Of a stretch of DNA of 64,000 nucleotides, positions 49,431-58,728 are shown piece by piece. Source of the stretch: Candidatus Staskawiczbacteria bacterium (GTDB taxonomy: Bacteria; Patescibacteriota; Minisyncoccia; Minisyncoccales; Staskawiczbacteraceae); assembly GCA_903835075.1 (NCBI GenBank), contig CAILLM010000003.1, positions 1,002 to 65,001 on the forward strand, written 5' to 3'. The translations under genes were made by a program, and so were the position numbers. The first letter of the stretch is position 1. Each line of letters begins with the position of its first letter. The notes under the pieces are model-generated. The model was not told the DNA's origin. It did no database searches and saw only the letters and a program-made list of their open reading frames with translations.

Positions 49431-49549
49431 AGCGAGGCAATAAATTTTTCAGCGAGGCAATAAATTTTTTGAAGCCCTGTGCACACGAAGTGGCTCAATA
49501 GCGAAAAAATTTGATTGCCGAGCGATTTTAAAAGTTTACTGCCGAGCGA
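49431..49549 (+). repeat. Nested GA-hairpin element (inner copy 49451-49525)
   Basis: Two agcgaggcaataaattttt heads and two tgccgagcga tails; cacGAAgtg loop. Confidence 0.9.
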
Positions 49550-49571
49550 ATATTATTTATATTAGACTATT

Positions 49572-50372
49572 CTAACCTGCAGTCCACCCGCCGTCAACAA
49601 CCATTACACTACCAGTCATGTATGAAGACTCATCGCTTGCCAAAAATAATACTGCACCAGCAATTTCCTCGGCCTCACCTTGTCTTTTCATTGGAATTGG
49701 AGCTAGCATTGCCACCCTTTGCTCGTCTGTCATTTTTGCTTGGGAAGCACCAGGGGTATTGATTGCTCCGGGGTCAATTACATTAATTCTAATTCCTAAA
49801 GGAGCCAATTCTAATGCCATGGCCCTTGTCATACCAACCATTCCACCTTTTGAAGCGCAATAATGTGTTAAGCCGGCAAAACCCATTAAAGCTGCAATTG
49901 AAGCAATATTTATAATAGAACCTTTTTGACCTTTTTCATTCGGCTGATTTTTTTGCATTTCTTTTGCAACAGCCTGTGTTAACAAAAATGTTCCTTTAAG
50001 ATTAACATCAATTACTTTTTCAAATTGCTCTTCTTTCATTTCTAGAAAAGGTTGAAATGGATAAATACCGGCGTTATTTACTAAAATATCTATTTTCCCA
50101 AATTTTTTAATGGTTTCTGAAACTGTATTATCAATGTCTGCCTTTTTTCCTATGTCACACCTTACAACAAGCGAATCCCCTCTCATTTTTTTTATTTGCT
50201 CAGCCACTTGCTGGCACGAATCCACATCAATGTCGCACAATACAACTTTAGCGCCTGCACCAGCCAATTTTAGTGCGTCAGCCGAGCCCATTCCTTTACC
50301 AGCTCCAGTAACAATGGCAACTTTTCCTTTTAATTCGCAAAATTTTGTTGTTGTTTTATTTAATCCAAACAT
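49572..50372 (-). CDS. Short-chain dehydrogenase/reductase (FabG-like)
   Basis: TGAGKGMG, NNAG, YCASK, VDGG. Confidence 0.95.
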   Translation of the reverse strand: MFGLNKTTTKFCELKGKVAIVTGAGKGMGSADALKLAGAGAKVVLCDIDVDSCQQVAEQIKKMRGDSLVVRCDIGKKADIDNTVSETIKKFGKIDILVNNAGIYPFQPFLEMKEEQFEKVIDVNLKGTFLLTQAVAKEMQKNQPNEKGQKGSIINIASIAALMGFAGLTHYCASKGGMVGMTRAMALELAPLGIRINVIDPGAINTPGASQAKMTDEQRVAMLAPIPMKRQGEAEEIAGAVLFLASDESSYMTGSVMVVDGGWTAG

Positions 50373-50395
50373 ATTTTGTATTTATTTAATTATAT

Positions 50396-50884
50396 TTAAA
50401 AAGATTGCTGAGTTGCATAACACATGGGGCCATATGGATGAACTTTGTCAGTGCCAGTGTATCCCGTATAGTCGGCGCAAGCATAAAAAGGTCCTGCATT
50501 ACCTATTTTGATATAAGCCACCCACTTACCAACGAAATTAGACAACGCGCTATTAGATGTTGAGTATTCTCCATTTGTATAAGACAACGCCCCAGCTTCG
50601 TCCTCAAAAAAAAGCGAATAATTAGAATTCTCGCCGGTTATACTGTTTGCGATTGCTAACAACTTAGTATCAGCGTAAAGTCCAGAAAATCCTCCATTGT
50701 TATTATAATAATCCGTAGCAAGCGTTTGAACTTGTTTTAAATCGGCCAGCATCGCCGCGTTTTTCCCTTTATTAATATACTGCGTAACATTTACTAAAAC
50801 TATTCCTGCCAAGACGGCAATAATAGCAATAACCACAATTAATTCTATAATTGTAAAACCTTTCGAAAATTTTTGCATCTTCAT
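50396..50884 (-). CDS. Type IV pilin-like protein
   Basis: KGFTIIELIVVIAIIAVLA prepilin motif. Confidence 0.93.
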   Translation of the reverse strand: MKMQKFSKGFTIIELIVVIAIIAVLAGIVLVNVTQYINKGKNAAMLADLKQVQTLATDYYNNNGGFSGLYADTKLLAIANSITGENSNYSLFFEDEAGALSYTNGEYSTSNSALSNFVGKWVAYIKIGNAGPFYACADYTGYTGTDKVHPYGPMCYATQQSF

Positions 50885-50955
50885 ATTCTTATTTTTAATT
50901 TTTATAATATTAAATTATTATATCACAAAAATCTTTGTCAAACAAAATAGTAAAC

Positions 50956-50985
50956 AAAAAGTAGACGCCCGACGTCTACTTTTTT
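50956..50985 (-). terminator. Terminator of copper operon
   Basis: aaaaagtagacg-cccga-cgtctacttttt. Confidence 0.75.
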
Positions 50986-50989
50986 AAAT

Positions 50990-51523
50990 TTATTCTCTGC
51001 AACAATCAATAACTGCTTGCACTACCTTTCCCAATTTTGCCATAATTCCCTTTTTATCGGTGTCTAATTTATTAATTTGATTATCTTCTATTTTTTTAAC
51101 TTCTCCCATGTCTATAAGTTTTAAATTCAAACCCCAAAAAAGTGAATATAATTGGTAAGATTTTTTAAATAAATCTTCTGCATCTTTTTTGTTATTGCGA
51201 GCATGTGCTTTTGTTCCAACCTCCATCAAACGCATGCTGGCGGCCAACAAGTGTTTAGAAATGCACCAAACTTCTCCCTCGGGGTCTTTTACAATTCTTT
51301 TTAGAAGCTCACCCCTCATTTTTCGTGCCTCTTGCAATAAATCAAAATATTCTGATTTACCGGTTTTATTAGCTGTAAAGAAAAAATGCTCTTCAATTGA
51401 AATTAAGTTCATTATAGCAATTGATAAGTCTTCGTCTGAGGACAAATCCAATTGATTGTCTTTATCTTCTTGAACTTTTTTTATAAATGCTTCTACTTTA
51501 TCGTCGCTTAAATTGTTTTCCAT
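50990..51523 (-). CDS. Helical hypothetical protein
   Basis: MNLISIEEH, WCISKH, C-terminal CCRE. Confidence 0.75.
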   Translation of the reverse strand: MENNLSDDKVEAFIKKVQEDKDNQLDLSSDEDLSIAIMNLISIEEHFFFTANKTGKSEYFDLLQEARKMRGELLKRIVKDPEGEVWCISKHLLAASMRLMEVGTKAHARNNKKDAEDLFKKSYQLYSLFWGLNLKLIDMGEVKKIEDNQINKLDTDKKGIMAKLGKVVQAVIDCCRE

Positions 51524-51599
51524 AATTATAAAGGAGGGAGGAATTTAAAAATTTATTTTTATATTCCGGCCGAGTGATTAATTATATAAGCTTATATGG

Positions 51600-52127
51600 C
51601 TATATAACTTTATATAAAATAAAGCTTGTTACTAATAAAAATATTACTGGCACCACAACTCTTTGATATGGAAAAAATACTTTTCCATTATTTTGTTTTT
51701 TTAAATACAAATTAAACCAATGCCCCAAATATAAAACTATAAATCCCATGACAGAACCTACAATTATTTTGTCTAAGCCCCAAATTTGATTTAATGGGTG
51801 CCCCACAATTCCGGCATAGTATAGTGGAATGTATGTTAGCAAAACATAAGCTAAGGTGATTACAATTCCATCATCAGTAAAGCTCCATTTTTTCTTTTTC
51901 ATGTAGTCTAAGGTCCAAGAAATAATGGCAATCATAAATGCTCCAATCCAAACTGAGGATACCACGTCGTCAATTCCAAACCAGCGTGAAAATCCAAGTC
52001 CAGCTCCAATTGCCACAACACAAACAGGGCAAACTTGCGCGCTTACAAAAGTTGCCCTGCCTACCGGCAGGCAGGCGAAAATAATTCCTAAAAATAATAA
52101 TCCTAAAAATAAATATTTATATTTCAT
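51600..52127 (-). CDS. Membrane protein with CPVC motif
   Basis: Several hydrophobic helices; AQVCPVC. Confidence 0.75.
   Translation of the reverse strand: MKYKYLFLGLLFLGIIFACLPVGRATFVSAQVCPVCVVAIGAGLGFSRWFGIDDVVSSVWIGAFMIAIISWTLDYMKKKKWSFTDDGIVITLAYVLLTYIPLYYAGIVGHPLNQIWGLDKIIVGSVMGFIVLYLGHWFNLYLKKQNNGKVFFPYQRVVVPVIFLLVTSFILYKVI
52056..52075. repeat. 20-bp palindrome in-frame (CLPVGR)
   Basis: cctgcctaccggcaggcagg. Confidence 0.88.
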
Positions 52128-52138
52128 AAATTAAATGT

Positions 52139-52250
52139 AGCGAGGCAGTGAATTCAAAGCGTACCCTGCAGGCCCGCCCTGGGCGGGCCGAAGCCTGAGT
52201 GAGTTGCGCGCTGGCGCAACGAACGCTAGCGGAGAATTTACTGCCGAGCG
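52139..52250 (+). repeat. GA-hairpin element, subfamily A
   Basis: Near-identical to 27398-27510. Confidence 0.95.
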
Positions 52251-52255
52251 GGAAT

Positions 52256-52669
52256 CTATTTTATTCCAGCAACTGTCTTTAAAAAGTTGGGCACGTCCAC
52301 TTCTCCTATATAACATTTTCCCGCCTGCCCTGAGCTTGCCGAAGGGTCATATAAAAATGGCACCCCAACTGAATCCCCTTTTATGTTGCATATTTTTGCA
52401 ACCTGCGCTAATGTGCCCTGATTATTTTTATTATACCAAACTTCCATTCTAGTAATTTTTACCTTCTCTTCAATTTTATTTTCAGTTATAAATTTTTCAA
52501 CATCAGCACAGTGCGGACACCCCTGCCCATAAAACAAAACTATACCTGCAGGAAGCGGCGTAGCATTTATTGTTGAGCCGGGGCTAGAAAAAAATCCTGT
52601 TTGAAACCCCCAAAACATAAATCCTGCAAAAACTACAATAATAATAGTTAATATGATTGTTTTGTCCAT
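52256..52669 (-). CDS. Membrane-anchored thioredoxin/glutaredoxin-like protein
   Basis: FYGQGCPHC, GVP. Confidence 0.85.
   Translation of the reverse strand: MDKTIILTIIIVVFAGFMFWGFQTGFFSSPGSTINATPLPAGIVLFYGQGCPHCADVEKFITENKIEEKVKITRMEVWYNKNNQGTLAQVAKICNIKGDSVGVPFLYDPSASSGQAGKCYIGEVDVPNFLKTVAGIK
52320..52348. repeat. In-frame hairpin (PSASSGQAG)
   Basis: cccgcctgccctGAgcttgccGAagggtc. Confidence 0.7.
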
Positions 52670-52709
52670 GTTATTTTAATTAAATCACAAAATAATTACA
52701 AAATCAACA

Positions 52710-54992
52710 CTATAATTTCATACCTTTAATTCTCAAGCTATTCCCTACTACGCTTACGCTTGAAAATGCCATAGCCAGACCTGCAAAAATTGGGTTTAAC
52801 AACACTCCAAAAAATGGATACAGTAATCCCGCTGCAATGGGAATTCCTACAATATTATAAATAAACGCCCAGAATAAGTTTTGCTTAATGCCACGCATAG
52901 TAATTTTTGAAAGCTTAATGGCTTTTACCATTTTTGAGATGTCTCCTCCCAACAAAGTAATACCAGCAGTTTCTATGGCAACATCTGTGCCAGTGCCCAT
53001 GGCAATCCCAACATCAGCCTGAGCCAATGCTGGCGCATCGTTTACCCCATCACCTGCCATTGCAACAACTTTTCCTTCTGCCTGTAATGTTTTTATAGTA
53101 ACTAATTTATCTTCTGGAAGAGCTTCTGCTACTACTCTATCAATGCCCACTTGTTTGGCAATTGCTTCTGCGGTGTTTTTATCATCGCCAGTTAACATTA
53201 CCAAACTAATTCCAAGTTTATGCAAATTATTAATTGCTTCAATTGCTTCGGGCTTTATTGCGTCAGCAATCATAAACACAGCAATAATTTCACTTTTAGT
53301 TGCTAAAATTACGGGCGTTTTGCCTTGCAAAGTTTCAGCCTCAATTGTTTTCAAATCAAAGGAAATTTTCAAATCAGAAATAAGTTTTGCATTCCCAGCA
53401 AAATATTCTTTTTTATTTATGGTCCCCCTTAATCCTTTTCCTTTAATAATTTCAAATTTTTGGGCTTCAGCTATTTCAATGGAGTTATTTTTTGCGTATT
53501 CCATTACCGCATAAGCAATGGGATGCTCTGAATTTTTTTCTAAACCCGCCAAAATGGCAACAACTTCTTCTTCATTTAAATTGGACTGCCCCGAGGCGTC
53601 TCGAGGGGAATAATTTTTAATACTTACTAATTCTGGTTTACCTTTGGTAATAGTTCCGGTTTTATCAACTACTACAGTATTTACTTTATACAGTTTTTCT
53701 AAAGTTGCGGCATCTTTAATTAAAATCCCTTCTTTAGCTCCTTTACCAACCCCTACAATAATGGCTGTTGGGGTGGCTAATCCTAATGCGCACGGGCAAG
53801 CAATAACTAAAATTCCCACAAAAGACATTAACCCAAATGAAAGAGCTTTTAAAAATCCCAAATAATAAGTTCCCAAACCTAACCATGTTAAAAGCGTTAA
53901 AAACGCAACTACCAATACTATTGGCACAAAAACGCCAGAAATTTTATCGGCTAATGCCTGAATTGGCGCCTTGCTTCCCTGAGCATCTTGCACCATTTTT
54001 ACAATATGAGCTAACAAAGTTTCAGAACCAATTTTTGTAGCCTTAAAAGTAAAAGCGCTATTAGTATTAATTGTGCCCGCCACAACCGTGTCTCCAACTT
54101 TCTTTTCTTTTGGCATTGGCTCACCTGTTACCATGGCCTCATCAATAAATGAAGTACCAGCGGCAACCACACCATCTACTGGAATTTTTTGCCCCGGTTT
54201 TACAACAATTAAATCTCCATGGACAACTTCATTTACAGAAATTTCTTTTTCTGAGCCACTGCGAATTACTAATGCAGTTTTTGCTTGCAAATTTAGTAAT
54301 TTTTCTATTGCGTCGCCGGTTTTTAATTTAGACCGCGCCTCAAGAAATTTTCCTAATGCAATAAATGTAATAACCACAATAGTTACATCAAAATAAGTTT
54401 GTTCAACATTAATAAACTTTCCTAGGGGACCTTCAAAAGCTGTCACAATAAAACTATAAAAAAATGCTGTAATTGTTCCAATACCAATTAAACTGTCCAT
54501 ATTGGCTTTTCCATATCTAAAAAACCTGTAAGCGCCCAACAAATAAGGTTTCCCCACCACAAATAACATATAACTGGCCATTATTGGCAATAAATGATGA
54601 AAAAATTCGCTGGTATCATAATTCATTGGCGAAACAATTTTTAACTGCGACAAAATATCCCATGCCATAATAAAAATGCTGATTACGGCTAGCGGAATTG
54701 CGGAAATTACTTTATTTTTTTGATCTTTAATTTCATCTAATTTTTCTTTTTTAGATTGGTTAATTTCTGGTTCATTTTCGCTTGGCATAACAATAGAATA
54801 ACCAAAAGGCTCAATCTTTTTTGATAAAGCTTCAAGATTAGTTTTTTTGTCATCAAAAGCAATTTTTACAGCTTCTGTTCCATAATTTACTTCAACCGAA
54901 GTCACTCCGTCAGTTTTTTTGAAAGTTCCTTCTATAATGTTTGCACAAGAAGCACAGTGCATTCCCTTAATTTTATAAGATTTTTTCTCCAT
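52710..54992 (-). CDS. copA: Copper-translocating P1B-type ATPase
   Basis: [34 protein letters not shown] and MAFSS. Confidence 0.96.
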   Translation of the reverse strand: MEKKSYKIKGMHCASCANIIEGTFKKTDGVTSVEVNYGTEAVKIAFDDKKTNLEALSKKIEPFGYSIVMPSENEPEINQSKKEKLDEIKDQKNKVISAIPLAVISIFIMAWDILSQLKIVSPMNYDTSEFFHHLLPIMASYMLFVVGKPYLLGAYRFFRYGKANMDSLIGIGTITAFFYSFIVTAFEGPLGKFINVEQTYFDVTIVVITFIALGKFLEARSKLKTGDAIEKLLNLQAKTALVIRSGSEKEISVNEVVHGDLIVVKPGQKIPVDGVVAAGTSFIDEAMVTGEPMPKEKKVGDTVVAGTINTNSAFTFKATKIGSETLLAHIVKMVQDAQGSKAPIQALADKISGVFVPIVLVVAFLTLLTWLGLGTYYLGFLKALSFGLMSFVGILVIACPCALGLATPTAIIVGVGKGAKEGILIKDAATLEKLYKVNTVVVDKTGTITKGKPELVSIKNYSPRDASGQSNLNEEEVVAILAGLEKNSEHPIAYAVMEYAKNNSIEIAEAQKFEIIKGKGLRGTINKKEYFAGNAKLISDLKISFDLKTIEAETLQGKTPVILATKSEIIAVFMIADAIKPEAIEAINNLHKLGISLVMLTGDDKNTAEAIAKQVGIDRVVAEALPEDKLVTIKTLQAEGKVVAMAGDGVNDAPALAQADVGIAMGTGTDVAIETAGITLLGGDISKMVKAIKLSKITMRGIKQNLFWAFIYNIVGIPIAAGLLYPFFGVLLNPIFAGLAMAFSSVSVVGNSLRIKGMKL
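53586..53608. repeat. In-frame hairpin in copA (SPRDASGQ)
   Basis: ctgccccgaggcgtctcgagggg, GC-rich island in AT-rich gene. Confidence 0.6.
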
Positions 54993-55016
54993 TTATTTTA
55001 TATTTTATAATTATTT

Positions 55017-55238
55017 TTATAAAGTTTTATACCCCAGATCTTTAATTTTATTTTCTATTTCCGGCAAACTTGTTTCTGTTGGGTCAAACTCCAAAAAAAC
55101 TTTTTCTGAGCCAAAATCTACATTAGCAGAAGCAACCCCCTTTTCTTCTTCTAAGCCAAATTTAATTATTTTGGCACAAGACTGGCATTTCATGCCTAAT
55201 ATTTTTAATGTTGTTTTTTGCATATTATTTTGGGACAT
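55017..55238 (-). CDS. copZ: Copper chaperone (HMA domain)
   Basis: GMKCQSC, GY terminus. Confidence 0.88.
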   Translation of the reverse strand: MSQNNMQKTTLKILGMKCQSCAKIIKFGLEEEKGVASANVDFGSEKVFLEFDPTETSLPEIENKIKDLGYKTL

Positions 55239-55425
55239 TAAGTTCTTTTAAAATTTTATCTAAATCCAACCCATAGGCCTTACAAATTTCTCCAACTTGC
55301 AAGTCATCCATTTCAAACTCGGCCATTGGGCAAGACAAGCACGGCACCCCATTTTTTGCTAAAATTTTATCGGCACCTTTTTGTTTAATTATTTTTGCTA
55401 AAGTAGTAGTTTTTGTTATTTTCAT
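55225..55425 (-). CDS. DUF1858-like small Cys protein
   Basis: G.PCLSCP...C..YGLD...L.ELN. Confidence 0.75.
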   Translation of the reverse strand: MKITKTTTLAKIIKQKGADKILAKNGVPCLSCPMAEFEMDDLQVGEICKAYGLDLDKILKELNVPK

Positions 55426-55431
55426 AAAATT

Positions 55432-55561
55432 AGCGAGGCAGTGAATTCGTAGCGTGCCCTGCAGGCAATTTTGCTTGGTCCGCCGATAGGCGGAAAATTG
55501 CCGAAGCCTGAGTGAGCCCGCGCTGGCGGGCGAACGCTAGCGAAGAATTCTCTGCCAAGCG
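55432..55561 (+). repeat. GA-hairpin element, subfamily A variant with swapped inner stems
   Basis: Inner arms ggcaatttt...aaaattgcc (containing tccgcc.ggcgga) and gcccgc.gcgggc replace those of 27398-27510. Confidence 0.92.
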
Positions 55562-55563
55562 TC

Positions 55564-56952
55564 TTAATTTACAACTTCTATTGTTCCCCTAATCATTCCC
55601 ATGGTGCAAGAGAATCCAAAGGTTCCTACATTTTGTGGAGTAAATTCTTTTACAGAAACCTGCCCCGGAGTTAAATTGATTTCATCATTAAATAAATCCC
55701 TAGAAATAATAGCACCATTACAACCCAAAGAGTTTCCGGCAGTAATTTCCCATTTTACAGGAATTCCAGCTTTTACTTTGAAATAGTTTGGGCTATCTGC
55801 AGATCCTGTGGCTGTCATGGCAATAACCTGAACGCCATTAACAACTGGCGCCAAACCACCTTGCTTTTCCTCGCCGGAGCCTTGCGCGGAGGCGGGTGTT
55901 TGATTTTGATTTAAGTTAACTCCTAAAACCGCAACTTGATTAGACATATTAAATAGCGCGAAAAATATCACTAAAAATCCTGCTACCTTAGAAAATCTTT
56001 CAGCCAAGTGAGGTTTTGAAGAAAGCTTTACGCTTGAAAGTCCAATAAAAAATAATACTGGAATTGTTCCTAGCGCAAAAGCTCCCATTATTAATGCTCC
56101 GCTAATCATATTTCCAGACAATAATGCTAAACTTTGAGCAGTTATTGTAAACCCGCAAGGCAAGAAAAATGTTAACGCTCCCATAACAAACGGCATATAT
56201 TTACCGTGAAAATTATTTTCATTGGCAATTTTTCTTGTGAAACTTTTTGGTGCTGAAAGTTGAAATCTTCTGAAAGCTTTTACTCCAAGCATTTGCAACC
56301 CCAAAGCAATCATTAATAAAGAAATAGCAATAACCAAATATCCTGTAATTTGTGGTGAAATTTGCAATCTGCTACCAATCAAGCCCAAAACTCCACCCAA
56401 AATAATATAAGAGACTAATCTTCCCGCATTAAACATAATATGTGGCTGAAGTTTTTTTGATGTTTTATCATTTTCAGCATAAATGCTATTCCACTGTTTA
56501 GACATTGATAAAACAATTCCTCCAACCAAAGCAGCACAAGAAGACATTCCGGCTAAAAGTCCAAATCCAAAAAATGTAAAAATAGAAGATGTTGAGCTTA
56601 AACTTAAAAAATTAGCAATTCCTAATTTATCTAAAATTAAAAAAGCAATAATTATAAAAATTGCGATATTAAAAGCCACCAACGTTGGGTTGGCGCCCTT
56701 AGTGTCACCACCCGCCTTCGCGTTTTCGTGCTTCGGCGAGGCAAAGTCAGAAAAAGTATAATTCTCTTCTTTAAATAAATGACTTAATTTCTCTGGATTT
56801 GGTCTATCGCCATCAAATTCAATGGTCACTTCACCATTGCCAGTTGAAGCGTCAACTGCTTTTACATTTGGTAAATCCAGTAACTTTTTTTCTATTAAAA
56901 TTTCACACGAGGCGCAATGCATTCCCTTAACTTTATATGTGTGTTCATTCAT
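55564..56952 (-). CDS. HMA + DsbD_2/TauE-like membrane domain + cupredoxin-like fusion protein
   Basis: GMHCASC; SSCAALVGG, FFLPCG; FSCTMGM.RG. Confidence 0.88.
   Translation of the reverse strand: MNEHTYKVKGMHCASCEILIEKKLLDLPNVKAVDASTGNGEVTIEFDGDRPNPEKLSHLFKEENYTFSDFASPKHENAKAGGDTKGANPTLVAFNIAIFIIIAFLILDKLGIANFLSLSSTSSIFTFFGFGLLAGMSSCAALVGGIVLSMSKQWNSIYAENDKTSKKLQPHIMFNAGRLVSYIILGGVLGLIGSRLQISPQITGYLVIAISLLMIALGLQMLGVKAFRRFQLSAPKSFTRKIANENNFHGKYMPFVMGALTFFLPCGFTITAQSLALLSGNMISGALIMGAFALGTIPVLFFIGLSSVKLSSKPHLAERFSKVAGFLVIFFALFNMSNQVAVLGVNLNQNQTPASAQGSGEEKQGGLAPVVNGVQVIAMTATGSADSPNYFKVKAGIPVKWEITAGNSLGCNGAIISRDLFNDEINLTPGQVSVKEFTPQNVGTFGFSCTMGMIRGTIEVVN
56711..56746. repeat. In-frame micro-palindrome (FASPKHENAKAG)
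   Basis: Reverse complement ctttgcctcgccgaagcacgaaaacgcgaaggcggg; same family as 44720 and 57385. Confidence 0.82.
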
Positions 56953-56958
56953 AAATAT

Positions 56959-57100
56959 AGCAAGGCAATTTTTTTTAGCGAGGGAGTTAATTTTCAGCGT
57001 ATTTCAGTACACGAAGTGACTGACGAAGCCATTTAGACGCGAAGCGTATCAATGGCGTTAGCAGAAAATTAATTGCCGAACGAAAAAATTTTATTACCGA
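56959..57100 (+). repeat. Nested GA-hairpin element (inner copy 56977-57083)
   Basis: Near-identical to 12827-12973. Confidence 0.92.
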
Positions 57101-57106
57101 TTATTA

Positions 57107-57382
57107 TTACTTGTTAAATAATTTAGTTACTTTTAAAATTTCGTCAGTCATTTCTTTTTTTCTTTTCTCGTTTTTAGATGCCATAGCATTTTTAAAACAA
57201 GAATTTAAATGACTTTCCATTAGCATTTCGTGAGCAGAACGCAAAAGACCTATAACAGCCAAATTTTGCTGCATAATGTCCATGCAATATTCCCCTTTCT
57301 CGGTCATTTCTATTATTTTAGAAATAGAACCGTGTGCTTTTTTAAAACTAATTAAAGCTTTTTTCCTATTTTCACTTATCAT
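57107..57382 (-). CDS. csoR: CsoR-family copper-sensing repressor
   Basis: YC.D..QQ..A...HL..C (Cys-His-Cys); heads copper operon. Confidence 0.88.
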   Translation of the reverse strand: MISENRKKALISFKKAHGSISKIIEMTEKGEYCMDIMQQNLAVIGLLRSAHEMLMESHLNSCFKNAMASKNEKRKKEMTDEILKVTKLFNK

Positions 57383-57384
57383 AA

Positions 57385-57429
57385 TATTTCTTCGCCTCGC
57401 CGTAGCTCTTTTAAGGAGCGAAGGCGGGT
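57385..57429. repeat. Micro-palindrome in csoR 5' UTR
   Basis: tatttcttcgcctcgccgtagctc-tttaag-gagcgaaggcgggt; shares both ends with 44715-44754. Confidence 0.85.
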
Positions 57430-57457
57430 TACATATTTATTAATAATTCTATTTATT

Positions 57458-57508
57458 ACCTACACCTATGGTATAGGTCTATTATATCAGGTTTAAGGAC
57501 CGTGTCAA
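57458..57508 (-). promoter_or_regulatory. csoR promoter plus candidate CsoR operator
   Basis: TTGACA-16 bp-TATAAT (57508-57481) followed by inverted repeat acctacacc-tat-ggtataggt (57458-57478). Confidence 0.7.
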
Positions 57509-57517
57509 TACCCTAGC

Positions 57518-58726
57518 CTATTTTATAATTCCGCCACCCAACACCTGGTTGCCTTTATAGAAAACTGCTGACTGGCCTGAAGTAATTGCGCGGTCTGATT
57601 TTTTAAAAACTAACTTACCGTCTTTATATAAAGTTGCTTTTTGCAAAGGTGCCCTATAACGCGTGCGAGCATCTACCAGCACTGGAAAAGCTTCTGGTTT
57701 ATTTATCCAATTTATGTTTACAATTTTTGCTTCTTTCACTGCCAAATCTTTTTCTGTACCAACATAAATAATATTTTTCTTTATGTCTTTTTTAACTACA
57801 AAATAAGGTCCGTGCCCATCTTTAATGTCTAAACCATGCCTTTGGCCAATTGTGTAGTAATAAACGCCATCGTGCTTACCTATTTTTCTGCCGTCTAAAG
57901 AAATTATTTCTCCTATTTTTGGCTTTATATACATTTTTAGGAAAGCCTTCATATCAAACTGCCCAATAAAGCAAACCCCTTGGCTGTCTTTTTTCTCAGC
58001 ATTTTCTAATTTAAATTTTTTAGCTAATTTTCTAACTTCCGGCTTTGTAAGCCCACCAATTGGAAATAAGATTTTGTTTAACTGATTTTTCTTAATTGCA
58101 TACAAAAAATATGTTTGATCTTTATTTTGGTCAACAGCCTTTAGCAAGCGAGGCAAAGCAATGGAGCGAGGCAATGAACTTTTTCGAGAAGAAGGTGCCC
58201 CGTAGAGAGGCTCTCCTCGCAGAAAAAGTTTATTGCCGAGCGAAGTTTGCTGGCGGGCGAACGCTAGCGAAGAACTCAGCGCCGAGCGATTTTTGTCGAG
58301 CGTAGTCTGCGCATAGTGGCCAGTTGCCACAAAATCAAAACCTTCTTTCATGGCCCTATCAAAAAAATAACCAAATTTTATAATTTTATTGCACATTACG
58401 TCGGGGTTTGGCGTAATTCCCTTTTTATATGAATCGATCATATATTTGCCCACTTCTGCCTCATATTCTTTAGAATAATCCCAAGTTAAAAAAGGGATTT
58501 GCAATCTAGCACAAGCTCGCATAGCATCCTGCCTGTCTGTTTTCCAAATGCACTCTTTACCTAAAATTTCTGGAGCCCATTGCTTCATATAAATTCCAAC
58601 AACATCAACCTGCCTGCCGGCAGGCAGGGACCAGCCCTTTTTTAGTAGTGCAGCCGAAACTGAGCTGTCTACACCACCAGACATCGCCACGGCAATTCTT
58701 ATTTTTTGTTTACTGCTCTTATGCAT
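57518..58726 (-). CDS. mnmA: tRNA-specific 2-thiouridylase MnmA with two in-frame repeat insertions
   Basis: SGGVDS, PNPDVMCN, ATGHYA, KDQTYFL, DSQGVCF, YTIGQR. Confidence 0.97.
   Translation of the reverse strand: MHKSSKQKIRIAVAMSGGVDSSVSAALLKKGWSLPAGRQVDVVGIYMKQWAPEILGKECIWKTDRQDAMRACARLQIPFLTWDYSKEYEAEVGKYMIDSYKKGITPNPDVMCNKIIKFGYFFDRAMKEGFDFVATGHYAQTTLDKNRSALSSSLAFARQQTSLGNKLFLRGEPLYGAPSSRKSSLPRSIALPRLLKAVDQNKDQTYFLYAIKKNQLNKILFPIGGLTKPEVRKLAKKFKLENAEKKDSQGVCFIGQFDMKAFLKMYIKPKIGEIISLDGRKIGKHDGVYYYTIGQRHGLDIKDGHGPYFVVKKDIKKNIIYVGTEKDLAVKEAKIVNINWINKPEAFPVLVDARTRYRAPLQKATLYKDGKLVFKKSDRAITSGQSAVFYKGNQVLGGGIIK
58147..58302 (+). repeat. 156-bp composite GA-hairpin element in-frame in mnmA
   Basis: agcgaggca heads at 58147 and 58165, gccgagcga tails ending 58243 and 58289, gctggcgggcgaacgctagcgaagaa from subfamily A. 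Confidence 0.92.
58609..58628. repeat. 20-bp palindrome in-frame in mnmA (LPAGRQ)
   Basis: cctgcctgccggcaggcagg. Confidence 0.92.
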
Positions 58727-58728
58727 AT

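Noticed and set aside
52131..52452. ORFs 52131-52316 (-) and 52204-52452 (+), and track N-terminal extensions at 47490, 49498 and 59436
   Set aside because: They are read through the hairpin repeats; better ATGs or real genes explain the region.
58147..58302. Intein or self-splicing intron in mnmA
   Set aside because: No intein terminal residues or group I/II core motifs; the sequence matches the local repeat family.
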